Assembly: GCF_023055435.1 (NCBI RefSeq)
Contig: NW_025963868.1
Location: forward strand, 3,100,001 to 3,164,000
Source of the DNA: Haliotis rufescens
Taxonomy: Eukaryota
Direction of reading: 5' to 3'
DNA length: 64,000 bases
Positions 40,050 to 54,400 of the stretch are shown here, piece after piece. The notes beneath the pieces were generated by a model. The model made no database searches, had not been told where the DNA came from, and was given only the letters and a program-made list of their open reading frames with translations. The translations under genes were made by a program, and so were the position numbers. The stretch's first letter is position 1. Each line of letters starts with the position of its first letter.

Positions 40050-40760
40050 ATTATGCTGGAGTCTATTTTCTGTCATTTGTTGGGCGATACAGGCACGACA
40101 CCTTGATGGCATACTGTTAATTATATCGTGTATGTTTGTCCTTGGTATTGCCCGTCATTTCGTCTGAAGAGCAATTCCTAGCTGGACCACGTTGACGGGT
40201 GCTGGATCTCTGTTGTACACTCTCCGTGCCGACAACATCCCACAGATGTCCTATTGGGGACATGTCAGGGGACACAGCAGGCCAGTCTAATGTCCGTATG
40301 ACATCTCGTCGGAGATAATCGGTGACGACCTTGGTACGATGTGGTCTTGCATTGTCATCTTGCAGTTCACAATGTCTACGGATAATTCTAGCAATTGGAA
40401 CAACGGCAGGACGCACACTTTCGTCAACATATCGCTGGCCATTTAGTCCATTCCAAATAACCAAATTAGTGCGCCTGTCATGTGTGATACCACCCCACCC
40501 CACCCCACCACCCCGAAAACCGATAACCGAGAATCGTTGCCATGGTAACCGCTCGATGCTACGTTCCCAACAACGTTTTCAGCCATCTGTGAAACTGTGG
40601 CAAAAACTTGATTCGTCTGTAAACACGATGTAAGGTCCATGGCGCACAGCCCGTTCATGGTGTTGTCTTGCCCACCCGAATCTTACCACCTTTGGTGAGT
40701 TGTTAGGGTCACAGCCTTCACAGGACGCCTTGCTTTTGCCTTCCTGTTATTGTATGGAAT
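40050..40760 (-). pseudogene. Tc1-like transposase remnant upstream of gene 2
   Basis: WGGITHDRRT..LNGQRYVDE..QDDNARPH..DWPAVSPDMSPIGHLWD (ORF 40117-40503) plus FTDESSF upstream. Confidence 0.85.
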
Positions 40761-42789
40761 TCTCTACTGATGAGAGGAGCAGACTTGAATCTATTAAATA
40801 ATGCAATAAATGTAATGAGACCAACTTTTCAAGATGTCGTTTTTTGTAAGGCCTGCCACGCCCTGATCTTATTTTGAATTGCAGCCGACGTGGTTTGATG
40901 GAACGTATGCATATGCTAATCTAAAATGCTAATCTGCATATCACGTGACCAGACGTTTCTCTTGTCTGAAAGCAAATGCGTTTATTCACATTTCAGAGCA
41001 GCCCGGCCTAATGGAAGCATGTCAGTGCGATTTACTCAATCATAAAAATACGCTTTTCAACTATGACAGTTAAGAGTATCACAATATATCTTCTCACATT
41101 GAAGCGACCGTATCACCAGCTAGCCCTACAGTCCTACATGGAACCGCACAACCATTATAAACAAAGGATAAATACTCAAATGGAAATATTTCTTTCACGT
41201 TTTAGGATATTTCTAATTAACTTTTCCCCCCACATGTGTTTAACAACATGTGCAGACTTGTAAAAAACATAACAGAAGAAGAAAATGCAATTTGACTCTA
41301 TATGTATCTCACAAATCGTCACATCTCGCTGGCCTGTGGCAGAAGTACAAGGTCGAGCGCAATGAACTGTGTAGGATAGTGGATGATATCAGACCTTATC
41401 TCCTAGGATATATAACTACAATGAAATTGCAACGCAATCTTTTGCATTTTGACGTCATCAGGTACCAAGACGTCAAAATCAAATCATATCACTAATCTCT
41501 CTGCTGTTGAAGCGGGTTAGGTGTACTTTTTACACACGAGACACTGGTTATTTCAGAGATGAACCTATTCTGTTGTAAATCTTGAGGTTGTTCATTAAAT
41601 AGATTTATCTCCTATTCTACTCTGAGATTATGTTGCTAACGCGTTCGGCTTTAAACGACATTTATCAGTGTCTTATAAATGAGTCAATTTACAACCGTCA
41701 AGTTGTATCTACTCAAAGTCACTGGGTATAGTTAGAATAATCTCTTAACAATATACTTTTGTTTTCTTTCTTTCTTTGTTATGGTGTTTAACGCCGCACT
41801 CAGCAATATTCCAGTCATATTGTGGGTGGATAAACATAATCGAGTAAGACAATCGACAAGACAATCCAGTGACTGACATCAAAAGCATTGATCTACGCAA
41901 TCAGGATACGATGACATGCATCAACAAAATAAGCAAGCTGACCTACCGATCCCTTTAGTCGCCTTTTACGATAAGCATGGGTTGCCAAAGCCCAATTCTA
42001 ACCAGGGTCCTCACAGATTCTCAACAATATGTGTCAAAAATAAACATGACTTGTACTTTCATCATCAGAGCATGTATGTAGTTAGATATGTTTTGTTTCC
42101 GAGGACTAACGCTGAATTGCAAATTAACACTTGTAAAGTAAATATTATTACCATGCGAATATATGTCTTACAAGAAATTTGTATGTGACATTTGCATGCT
42201 TTGGAGCAAAGGCACATATATTAGTTTTTAATTTGTTTTCGACTTGTAACATCATTTGCACCTACACAATTACATCAATGCAAAGACACAATTACTGTGA
42301 TTTTGAACACAGAATATTTATTAATTATCTTTGAATGATCTCTGCTTTAAAGATTTCGTTCCATGGAGTGAGTGAGTGAGTTTAGGTTATCTCCACTTTG
42401 AAACTTATTCAGTTATATGACGACGTTGTCAGCTTAATAAGTAAGAACAAACCGAAGTGTTGCAAGACTCTTACAACTTTATTGAAAACCATGATCATAC
42501 AATTTTGACAATCGTAGAAACATAATCAGTGAGAATCTTGGAAACGAACCCAGCATCATATGATCAGCCCATGATACCATTCTTCACCGCTCGCCCCTTT
42601 AAGTAACCTGCTAAAAACATAATCCTTTATCCATCATTACTCGCATATGATTTGTGCCAAAATACGACAAACCAACCACAATGCGCGTCAGGGTTGAGGT
42701 ACTTTAATCAATTATGACAATATGTGGTCATTTAATTTTTGTTTTAAAATGTGGATCGTTATTTCAGTATTACAAAGTATGGTTCTGCG

Positions 42790-43820
42790 GTTCTTCGGTC
42801 CAGAAAAACTAGCAGTAGTATCATACTACAAATATCTTGGCTTAACAATTTCATGTCAATTTTTTTTTACAAAAGCATGTGAAGTACTTTCAAGGCAAGC
42901 AGATAAAGTCAATGTATTCAGCGAAGCAGTTTATTAGTCAATTTAGAAATATACCTGTTGAACCGCTCTTTAGGATATTTGATGGTAAAATACAGCCAAT
43001 ACTGACGTACGGCTCGGAACATTGGGAAACCTTATATCGCCACGGTATTGAGAAAATGCATACAAAAACTTGTAAGTTTGTTCTTGGCGTCGGCTACCGG
43101 TCACCAAATAAGGCAATTTTAGCAGAATGAGGAAGGCATCCGATACATATACACTATCAATGTAGGGTTATCTCATACTGGATACGTTTGCTCAGACAAC
43201 CAGATACATGATACTCTAGACGATGCTAATACATGCTTAAGCGACTTGATGAATTTGGGGATATATACAAAGGTTCAGCTGTGAGAGAAATTCTTCTTTC
43301 GCATGGATTTGCATACGTGTGGGTATACCAGGATGTTGGAAATAAAAATAAAATGATGTTCTAAACAATGTTTAAACAACGATATAAAGATATGTATTGT
43401 CAAGGCTCGTCAGCTGATATCAGATGTTCAAAATCGCTACATGCTTATTCAATGTTTAAGATGGAAATAATATCAGAAATGTATTTAACAACTATTCGAT
43501 CTTTATCTTTATGCAGATGTTTAACGAAGGACAGGTGTGGTATACATGTCCTCAATATACAATTATACAGACATTCCAAAGATAATGATGTTTTAACATC
43601 GATGTGCCCTTTCTGCAAATATTACCAAGAAGTTGAACACCATATATTATTAATATGTCCAGTATATGAAGTTATAAGAATCAATTACCTGCCTAACTAT
43701 TATTATACGTATCCATCACAAAGAAAATTTGTAAAGTTAATGAACAGCAAAAATAGCCATATTCTTCTTAGACTTGCAGTTTGTGTTTATAAGATATTTG
43801 AAAGAAGGATAAGACATTGA
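42790..43820 (+). mobile_element. Non-LTR retrotransposon (LINE) 3' remnant
   Basis: YYKYLGL, IFDGKIQPILTYGSEHW, NKAILAE and C-terminal CPFC..EVEHHILLICPVY are typical of the post-RT region of LINE ORF2. Contains stops and frameshifts. Confidence 0.82.
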
Positions 43821-44213
43821 ATATTTATAAAACTGTGTACACATATTCAGCTACAATCTAATCAGTATACAAGTGGTGCTCCACGACGAATTTTCCTAAA
43901 ATAAATGTTATTGTACTATTGGCCCCATGGCCACACAAACGAAATAAATCTGTCTGTCTGTGTGTCATTACAAAGTACATGGATAACATAATCTTGTGCA
44001 AATCCACACCTGTGCGTTTGTTTGTCTTCAGTTCAGAGATCACTCGACAATGAAATGTTCTTTTTCAGAAGTACTACGTGGTGATAAATATTTGAAATAA
44101 TGGTGCTCACAAATAAAGGGTCATAATCGTGACGCATCTGGGATCATTGGGCCGAGGCAACAGTGAATTGCAAAGCCTGGGACGAGTGGACAACCCGTAG
44201 CACTCACACTTGA

Positions 44214-44576
44214 GGTGAGGGAAAATGGGGTTTAACGTCGCGTCCAGAATTAGTGCACTTATATAGCGACGTGCATGCACGCGCGCGTGTGTGTGTGTGT
44301 GTGTGTGTGGCTGCTTGTACTAGTCCGGACTGATGCCGATTTATTGTGCTAGCTCACTGAGATACCTTGTCGCAGTTTAACATGAATACCCCACTCAGAC
44401 ACAGTATACTGACTCCGAGCCGACCAGTCCTTGTTTTAGCCCCTTTATGCCGAGCGCCAGACACGGTAACAACAAGTACCATCTTTAAACGTCTTTTGGT
44501 ATGACGCGGCCGAGGACGAACCCCGGACCTTCCGCTCTCCGGGCGGACGCTCTACCTCTAGACCACGGAAGCGGTC
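44214..44576 (-). mobile_element. SINE family A, full length, specific to this duplicate
   Basis: 13-bp TSD CACTCACACTTGA; the paralogous site at about 27871 is empty. Confidence 0.9.
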
Positions 44577-44999
44577 CACTCACACTTGAATTACCAAGTG
44601 CCAAGTTATGTGTGTAGTGTTTAAAATAAAAGCAAATATAACGATAAAAAAGTGACATGTCTATTGTTAAAGCGTAAATATTATGATATATTTAAAAAAC
44701 AGATTCATGTAATATTGATTAAAAAACATATATTTTCACATTATTATTGTATAGAAAGTTAGAAGCTTCAAGCTTACAAGCTACAGTCTGCCTCATAATG
44801 CATATATCGTTGCAATCGACAACCAAGTGTGCTGACGTGTTATATAAAAGGGGAAACTCGACTATATCTCATAAATGTCAATGTGGTTCTTAGTTCGATA
44901 TATGGAAGCCAGCAAACGCCAGAGCCTCGCTGGTAGCCTTGTACCGCGCATCATGGTAAACTATTTCCCATAAAGTTGCACCTGGTGCGATGTTTCCCC

Positions 45000-45433
45000 G
45001 TGAAGGAAGCGGAAAGATAGACAAACATGTAGATGTGGAACTGTTCCCTCTCTGAAGGCTGCACCTGGTACCGTGGTCCTCTGTAGAGGAGCCTGAAGGG
45101 TAGAGAGACATCCCCTTACATTACTCTTCACATGGTACTGTGGTCCTCTGTAGAGGAAGCTGAAGGGTGGAGAGACGTGTAGACGTGGAACTGTTCCCTC
45201 TCAGGAAACTACTCCTGGTACCGTGGTCCTCTGTAGAGGAAGCTGAAGGGTGGAGAGACGTGTAGATGTGGAAATGTTCCCTCTCAGGAAACTACTCCTG
45301 GTACCGTGGTCCTCTGTAGAGGAGCCTGAAGGGTGGAGGGACACCCCCTTACATTACCCTTCACCTGGTACTGTGGTCCTCTGTAGAGGAAGCTGAAGGG
45401 TGGAGAGACGTGTAGATGTGGAACTGTTCCCTC
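45000..45433 (-). repeat. Tandem final-exon module copies in the gene 3 3' UTR
   Basis: Same module as 28200-28778, with a different copy arrangement. Confidence 0.85.
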
Positions 45434-48400
45434 AGTAGTCGCTCATAATCATGCAGGGATAAGGCATCCTCGTCGTTGATGGCAGCACTGATGTCACAGG
45501 AAAGCCTCTCGCCCACCACAGTGAGATATTCACCACACCTATGATCAGAACAATTACATCACAATTTAAAGATGACATTAACTTACACAGACGTATGCAG
45601 GTATGTTACTTCAGTGCGGCTGGCAATGCAACCTATTATATGAAGTGAAATCATTTCGTTCAAAGCAAATTATCCATCTCGAACCCCCAAACAACTCCAC
45701 CAGTTAACCCCTTCTGTACTAAAAGTACATTTGTGTGATTACCATCACAAGATGCACCAAATACTATCACTTCATCTTTTGCAACACATAAAACCAAATA
45801 CAGGCTCTGTTTATTCAGTGAGTGTCTTAGTTTTCTCAGGTAGTTTGTGTAAAGGAAGTTGTNNNNNNNNNNNNNNNNNNNNNNNNNNNNNNNNNNNNNN
45901 NNNNNNNNNNNNNNNNNNNNNNNNNNNNNNNNNNNNNNNNNNNNNNNNNNNNNNNNNNNNNNNNNNNNNNNNNNNNNNNNNNNNNNNNNNACTTTTAGCA
46001 ATAGTCCAGCAATACCACAGTCGGGCAAACCAAAAATGGGCTTCACACATTGTACCCATATCGGGAATTGAACCCGGGTCTTCGGCGTGACGAGCGAACG
46101 CTTTAACCACTAGGCTACCCCACCGCCCCATTTAACACAAGAGACAGCAACAGGTCATGCATTTGGGGTTGTTCTAATGGTAAGTAGTTAACCCATATTG
46201 GATACATACTTCTCAAGCATTTAACCTGAAACAATACAAAATGTATGTACCTGATGTCTTGGTCATCTGAAAGTAAAGCAAAAAGAGCATTTGTAAAGTT
46301 CTATAATAAAGGAATCTTTGTAATGTATTTTTTACTGAATAAGAACAACACTGGCAAAATGAGCCTTCAGCCTTTCTTGACATTTGAAGTAGGGAAACGT
46401 TTGTTTGGGGTTTTTGGTCTGTTGTTTCACTTCTCGCGTAGCAATATTCTGGCTATATGACAGGGTCTGAAATAATCGAGTCTGGACCACACTATCCATT
46501 GACTGACATCGTAAACATTGATCTGGGCAATTGGGATACGATGACGTGCATCAACCAAGCCAGTAATTTTGACCGCCCTAACACGTTACTTGCCTTTTAT
46601 GACAAGCCTGCTAATAGGCTGAAGAAGACCAATTCTAACCAGGATCTTCATGGCGTGGCGTTGCATGCCGTGGCGTGGCGTGGTGTGGTGTGTGGGGTGA
46701 TGAGTCTACTTATGGTTGATTGCATTGTAAGAGAGTAATTTGTTTCCTTACCTTTCACGTCCTTGCAGACAAGAATAGCAGCTGCTGCAACCACAACCGC
46801 CACAGCAGTGAGTATAACAGAGTAGACGGCTACGACAGGGACGATGTCGTCTACGTTTACGTCATCTTAAGACAAAGGTGAATCACATGTTTATTCAAAA
46901 TGATAAGTCAATGCCTAACAATCAGGGACATTTTTTAAACATAGAGACTCACCATTTTATATTCCATGTTACTTTGAATATACAAATTGATATTCGGATA
47001 TAGGCTATGTCTTGCGAATCTTTTATTTGTATACCTGAATATATTTTGTGTGTGTGAACATTTCTTTTTTCAAGGAAACGAATTTGAGTAAACTACGATC
47101 CCTTTTAAGCTAACGAAGCCCTGTCTAGACCACAGATGTCACCACAACAAAGTTCAATAAAGGAAACGAACAATGAACAATGGCCATAACTTATGACGAG
47201 GAGTATGACCACTACAGCTAACAAACCAACTGAATCTTTTTCTCAAACATGACGTTTTACACTATCCAGGTGATGAGTCATGATGATTCATTCCAAAGTG
47301 TCATAAAAGAAGTATTATGACTTTTAAAATAAATGTATGTCCGCTGGTGTATTTGACTTATTCTACGATAGGTATGATAAAATCGTTATTATTATCTTTT
47401 TGTTTTAAAATATTACGCAATATATTTGACTCCTATTTGTGCTTCTTGGCTTCAGGAGTTAAATTGGCTTACAGAACGTCGTCCAATAAGTACCAAATAC
47501 GGCAGTTCGAGTTATACGGGCGTTACAAAATCGCATCAACAGACAACCTTTAGAGACCAACCTTCTATCTCCTGGTAGCTCCCTTCTTGGCCCTCATCCC
47601 GGGTATATGAAACCACGCTGATGAAAATGAATAAAAAAGTGATCGAAATAAGACGAAAAGATCGAGGCAAATTAACTGTGGAACACTATCAATTTACATT
47701 GTGCTCCATATTGTAGAGATGTAGTTTCGCTCTTATGCCATGCAAGGTCATATGACTGTACAGAGGTGAACAATTTATTCATTTCACTTGACTATCGATG
47801 GCAAATACTCACCGGTTATTAATGTTTCCTCCTTCTGAAAGTTACAATGTTCTGCAGTTAATTATGTATAATAATGACTCTGATCATTGCATACCATTAA
47901 AATGTTGTTAACTAGTTTGAATTTTGCACACTGATATTCTTGTATTCTTTTTACACGTTTTAGAGGTTTAGAAGTTTAATGGACACTGCACTGATATAAT
48001 AAAAATAAAGGTCCATCAGTGCTAAACGTTTCTCAGAAGTCACAACTTGACTGCAGATACCAAATAATGGTATGTGTTTAGTTATTACTTAAGGGTATGT
48101 TTGTTTACAGCTTTCCAAATCAACTACGTATATAAGCAAGAACTGTAATGATTCAAGACGACCCTTGTAACATTAAAGAAACATCATGGGAATTAATTCA
48201 TATGGCGTTTGAAATACTAATGATGACTAACAAAACCAACCTTCTATTTCCTGGTAGCTCCCGTCTGTTTCTGTGTCCCGGGTATACGTGACCACGCTGA
48301 TGTAAAGGATGTTGGAAGTGATTGAAAAAGAAGAAACTAATCAAGGCAAACTCGTCACAAGATAATTTGTGAAACACTATCAGTTTAGATTGTACTCTAA

Positions 48401-51400
48401 ATGACATAGATAGTTTGGTTTTATAGTCATGCAAGGTCGAATTACTCTGTTTCAGATTTACCCGTTTGCCTTGATGGATAGCAGGTACTCACCGGTTATG
48501 AAAGTATCCCCTCCCTGAAATATATAATTTTGTGTTGATAATCATGTATACAAAATGTAAGATGAAATGTGATAGCTACACGAACTTTGCACAACGATAT
48601 GTGACTGTTTACCCAAGATTGAGGAAAAGCATCAAGGAAGTATTACTATTGTCATGAAGGCAGTACAACTGTCGACTTTGAAGTTGTTGGTCCATCAATG
48701 CTGTACTTTTCTTCAAAGTAACAAGATCACGACAGAGAAACAAAGCAATGAAAAATGTTATAGGCGTTGTGTTATCTTTCTCATCATAACGACAAAGAGG
48801 GTTTTGTCCTTGAGATTGCCATAACATGTCCACAATTCCATGTATTCTATCTAACGTCACATGTTTACAGCAAAGTCATAGAAAAAGTGACAAAACTACC
48901 ACTGAATGATATGAATCATACTTCATACAGTCTTTCTGTTTATCAACAGTGTCGGTTTTGTAAGAGCGATGAAATCATGCTCTGTTGATTTGAATAGAGA
49001 CACAGAGAAGGAAGATATTTTCAAATAGAAACCACCCCAGTTGCCTTTTTATTCACATTATCGAAGTTTTCAAATATGCTTAATTCATATTTATCCCACT
49101 TTCACCAAATCTTCTGAAACACTGTAGTTATAAGAGAGTAAGGTCATTTATAGGATCTCAGTTGTAGTGTCTCTGAAAGGATATGAAACTCATCCATTTG
49201 ACGCTGGTCACAGATTCCCTTTCCTCACACAGTCTTGGTTTTGATCCTTGATGATTACTAATAATGACAATCAAGGACGTCTTTACATTTAATCAAAATT
49301 CAAACACAAGCAAAATTAACTAATGAGCTGTAGGATAGATCCACTTATTTAAATAACACAAGCTGATCATATCATATATTACTTGTTAGGATGAAACACT
49401 TTCTGAGGTAAAAAGCAAGCTCATACAATTATTCAATAACATTCTGTTTTCGTTATGCATTGTGCTGAACTAGCAGTTATTTTATCACCATTCATTTGAA
49501 AGTGTTTACATTGATATTCTATCGTGACAACTATTTCCGCGTGACGATTCACTGAACTACCCTCACACATCGCATAATGTGATTACATTTATACTCCATG
49601 AAGGACTTTCAAGGACTAGCTTGTGTGGAATTTGCAGTTGTTTCAGTCGTGTAAATTAACCCACTTCTCATGCGTAGTTAATGTGACTGAGGGCCGGCTT
49701 CTGATATCTTGTAAACCACACACCAGTGGTCAATAATTTGAACAACGACCCACACAGCCTGGTTAAATTCGATGTGCACGCATCTAATATCCCCATGTTC
49801 AATTACGAGACAAACGAATTCTGTTTTTAATGCAGAGATTTCGAACGAAGATTTGATACCTGTAAATTTCATTCGAACCGAACGGAATATCACTTTACAC
49901 TCTCTCAGTATTTGTTTGTCAAGATTTCCGACGGAACACTGACAGACTTGCTGGAAATACTGTAGGAACCGCAATACGTTATTCAGCAAGGTGAATGAAG
50001 AAAGATCAATATTTGAATTTGCCAAACGAAAGTGAGAAAGAAGTGCTTCTGAATAAGTATTTTCTTTTGCGGTTTTCTGCACTGTCATGGTCTAACTTAG
50101 ATTCGATACCGCCTGCGGACCAATAAGAATTGATGATTCTAAAACGTCATGGTAGAATAGTTAATGTGACTCTCGCGTTGTACTCAATCACTCTCACACC
50201 GCAGTCTTACCTTTACGTGTCTGTTTTCTACAAACAACAACTATGACGACCACAGCGATGACGACGATCAGGACAGAACAGACAGCAGCTACAGGGACGA
50301 GGAAAACGTTGCTAGCCTCAGTAACCTCACGTGCTGGAACATTCAAAATGGAAAACATGTAGTTTATCATGATTATAATCGTGTTTGTGTTTTGAAAGAT
50401 AACCTCTTGAAGTGCCAGGTGTTCTGTATTTAACATGGCTGGCTGGAATATTCATACCAGAGCTGAGATGACGCAGGGACCCGCTTATATTTCAAGATTA
50501 CTTTTCACCCTGGATTCCTTGCCAATGACTATCTCCGTTGCGGCGAGGTGCTTATTATTATTGTCATTGTCATTGTCATGTCATGGAATTACATTGTATA
50601 ACATTTGTTAGTTGTTTGTTGGTTTCAAGTTCTTTCACGTACATATTTCTGGGTACACATATTCTTTCAATTTGGGAATCGACACGTAACATACTCAATC
50701 AATGGGTTGTAATAATGTATTATTTTAAATATCTGAGTATTCAAGCAAGATGAATTGAAATGTCATCAGTCTGTTATATGTTTCATCCAAATCAATACTG
50801 GCATGTTACATATTCAGTTACTAAAGTCTATCATCAGCAATGTTGGGAAAGTCTTACAGAAAACTTCAAGCGTTAGGTTCCGTGATGTATTCCCATGTAT
50901 GTTGTTGACGTGACACGTGTACTGCCCAGACACAGATCTGTCTACAGCTGGTATATACAACACAGCCTCCCTCTGTCCCGTGATCACCCTCTGTCTGGGT
51001 GTGTCCCACCAGGTCACAGTGCAGGCGGGGTTACAGTCAGCAGAACATGTCACCGTGATAGGTTTCCCTTCTTCTGCCGTTAACCTGTCACTAGAGCCGT
51101 TAAATTGTATCTGGTCAGGTCCATCTGGAATGTGTGAAGTGCTCAGTAAGTCTACATTGTATCGCCAGGCAACAATGGAAAATGCCACTGCACGCAATAA
51201 CTGATCAAAAACCTGTACAAAATTATTTCTGAGAGACAAATGTGCAGTTTGTTTCTGTAACGTTTATGTGAGAATACTTATATGTACACGTGCAGTTTAT
51301 GTTTGTAATAAATTTGAAGAAAAAAAGGTTTCCTTAAACAGACGGACGGACCTACGGACAACAGATTACCGAAACCCATAATATAACTTCACGCAATTTT

Positions 51401-54400
51401 ACAAAAAAGGGATCATCTGTGGGTGATTAGCAACAATGCAAATAACGTTCATATTTTATGATACCTGCAAGGAATTCTTTCAGGTAAAGTGTATTCAAGC
51501 AGAAAGTATTCTCAGACAAGGAATGCAAAGTGTTGCTTTGAAACAGAAGTAAACGGGGCGAGAGAAAAAATGAGAGTAGAGCACAAATGGCAAGTAAAGA
51601 TAAGGTAAGAGATCTATTCAGACACATTGCTAATGATCTCATATATGATGTGTTAATCCGGCATGATCGTTGTATACCGTAAAGAAAGGTGAGACATCCA
51701 AATCAATACCTCGCAGTATAACGTTTACAATGGATAGTTTACATAAATGAGAAGGCAAATGAAAAGTTGATGGGAGACAACAATGTAAGGTCTAGTTTTA
51801 AAGTTTCACCTCTTCGCCCTGTAGAATCGACGCTTTAGTAGGGGAACTAAGCCACCAAGAAATCATTTTAGAACAAACAGAATTTAAACACGTGCTCTAG
51901 ATATTCTGGGAACAACAGTACATTTGTATGTCATATTGTAAACTATCAGTATTTGAAATCAGTACCGTAAAACGAATGCTTCTTAAAACAGTTCCATTCT
52001 AAAAGACCGCTTCCTTGGTCTAGCGGTAGAGCGCCCGCCCGGAGAGCGGAAGGTCCGGGGTTCGATCACCGGCTGCGTCATACCAAGAGCCGTTAAAAGA
52101 TGGTGCTTGTTGTTACCCTGTCTGGCGCTCGGCATTAAGGGGCTTTAAAAAGGACTGGTCGTGTCAGTATACTGTATCTATGTGGGGTATTTGGTTGGTA
52201 AATGACTGCTGTGAACTTTTTGTAGTCATCATTCATTTCGAATTCCCTTTGAAAAGGCCTATGAAGCTGAAACCTTGCATGACTGATTTGGCTATGGTGC
52301 CTTTAATTCCGATCCGACCCGCCAATATATTTTCATAATAATTATTCAGAACATAAACGTTCTCAGTAGACAATACACAAGACTTCAACAAATACAGCTG
52401 TTACAAAGCTGTCGTTCAGGACCACAGTTGCAAAGACAAGGTATACTCCGTTCTCATACCTTAAACAAGGTAAGTTCTTACTCACAGTGAACCTCCAGTA
52501 CATGTCCGGGACTCCAGTCAGACTCCAGCCCCTCCTCCACAGCCTGGCAGGTGTAGATGTCTCCCTGGTTCTCTCTGCTGATGTGGGTTATTGTCAGGAC
52601 ATCTCCGCCTATATTTGGCCTATCACCAGATACTAGCATGGTCCTGTTCCTCCTCCAGGTGTAGATGTCTCCCTGGTTCTCTCTGCTGATGTGGGTTATT
52701 GTCAGGACATCTCCGCCTGTGTGAGACCCATCACCAGATTCTAGCAGGGTCCTGTTCCTCCTCCAGGTGTAGGTCATGTTCAGTGGGGGGTGGTCCGGGG
52801 GCAGACTCCGGGAGGAGGAGGAGCATGTCAGGGTGACATTCTCACCTGATACAGCTGAGGCAGGTCCTGTGATGGAAGGTGTGGTCGGCTTCTCTGTTAA
52901 ATATATTGATCTTTCAAAATTAAATCAAGGCCATAATATTGCATCACTGTATATATCAAGAACATAGAGTAAGTAAGTGAGTGAGTGAGTATGATTCTAT
53001 GTCGCTTTTAGCAATATTCCAGCAATATCAAGGCGAGCAACACCAGAAATTGGCTTCACACATTGTACCCACGAGGGGATAGAACCGGGTCTTCGGCGTG
53101 ACGGACCGCCTCCGTGGACTAGTGATGTAGAACGTCCGCCCGGAGAGTGTAAAGTCCGGGGTTCGATTCCCGGCCGTGTTATACCACAAGACGTTAAAAG
53201 ATGGTACTTGTTGTTACCCTGTCTGACGCTCAGCACATAACACTGTCAAGAAGCAACAAGGAGACGACTTCAGAAACTGCAGGGTGTTTTTATTCCCAAC
53301 GTAGTCTTCCCTGGACCACCTGAGACTGAGAACTTGTCTTGATTAGATGGGACCACGACAGGAACTGCAATGCCTTGTACTATGCTATCTATTTAATTTA
53401 TCTGTTATCACCTGCTACATCCACAGTTAACATATTAATAACTTTTAAGGTACACAGCGGCCTGATATACCGTATTCGACGTAATAAGCGCCCAGGGCGC
53501 TCTCAAAATTAGAAATAGGGGGCTCTTATTAGAATATTATTTTGGTGAAAAAAAAAACGGAGTTGAGAGATAAATTTCTTGGTTTATGCTGACAGCCTGA
53601 AATGTTTATGTATTAATTGCCCATACTTTAGGGCGCATATAACACACGAGTGCGTCTTATTCGCGAAAAAATAAGTCTTGTGTACATTGCTCAATCGGAA
53701 GGGATGCCAATTGGGATTGTTCACTAGCCAATATATTAGCAAATATCGCCGTGGGCGCTTATTAGAGCGGGGCGCTTATTACGTCGAATACGGTAATCTT
53801 AATTAATCTCGACTACCCACATGTGCAGTCATGCTAGTTCTATATCATAATATACGTACAATTATTAGTATATGTTATCGTGTCTTCTCTTATTAGGAAT
53901 TAAGATTTTATTTAGCCATATTACCCTTGGTGCACTTTGTTACAAGCATAAAGGGGGTAAAACAAGGACTGGTCGGCTCGGAGTCAGTATACTGTGTCTG
54001 AGTGGGGTATGTACGGCACGGTATCTCTTTGTGCTAGCACTATAAATCGGCATCAGTCCGGACTAGTACAAGCAGCCACACATACACACAAGCTCACGTG
54101 CATGTACGTCGCTACATAAGAGCAATAATCTTAGACGCGACGTTAAACCAAATTTCCCCTCACCTCACCTTCGGCGTGACGAGCGAACGCTTTAACAACT
54201 AGGCTACCCCACCATGTCTCGACAATTATATTATTGCAATATTTGAACCACGCCATCTCTATATCTTATCATATGCAACACGTTGACTTTATTTCCCCAA
54301 ATGTTGTCGGTTTTCCAATGTTATAACATAACGCAAATTAAATTGTCGAGATCCAGTTCAAATGTCTGATGAGTGAAAGTAATATATATATTTTCGGGTT

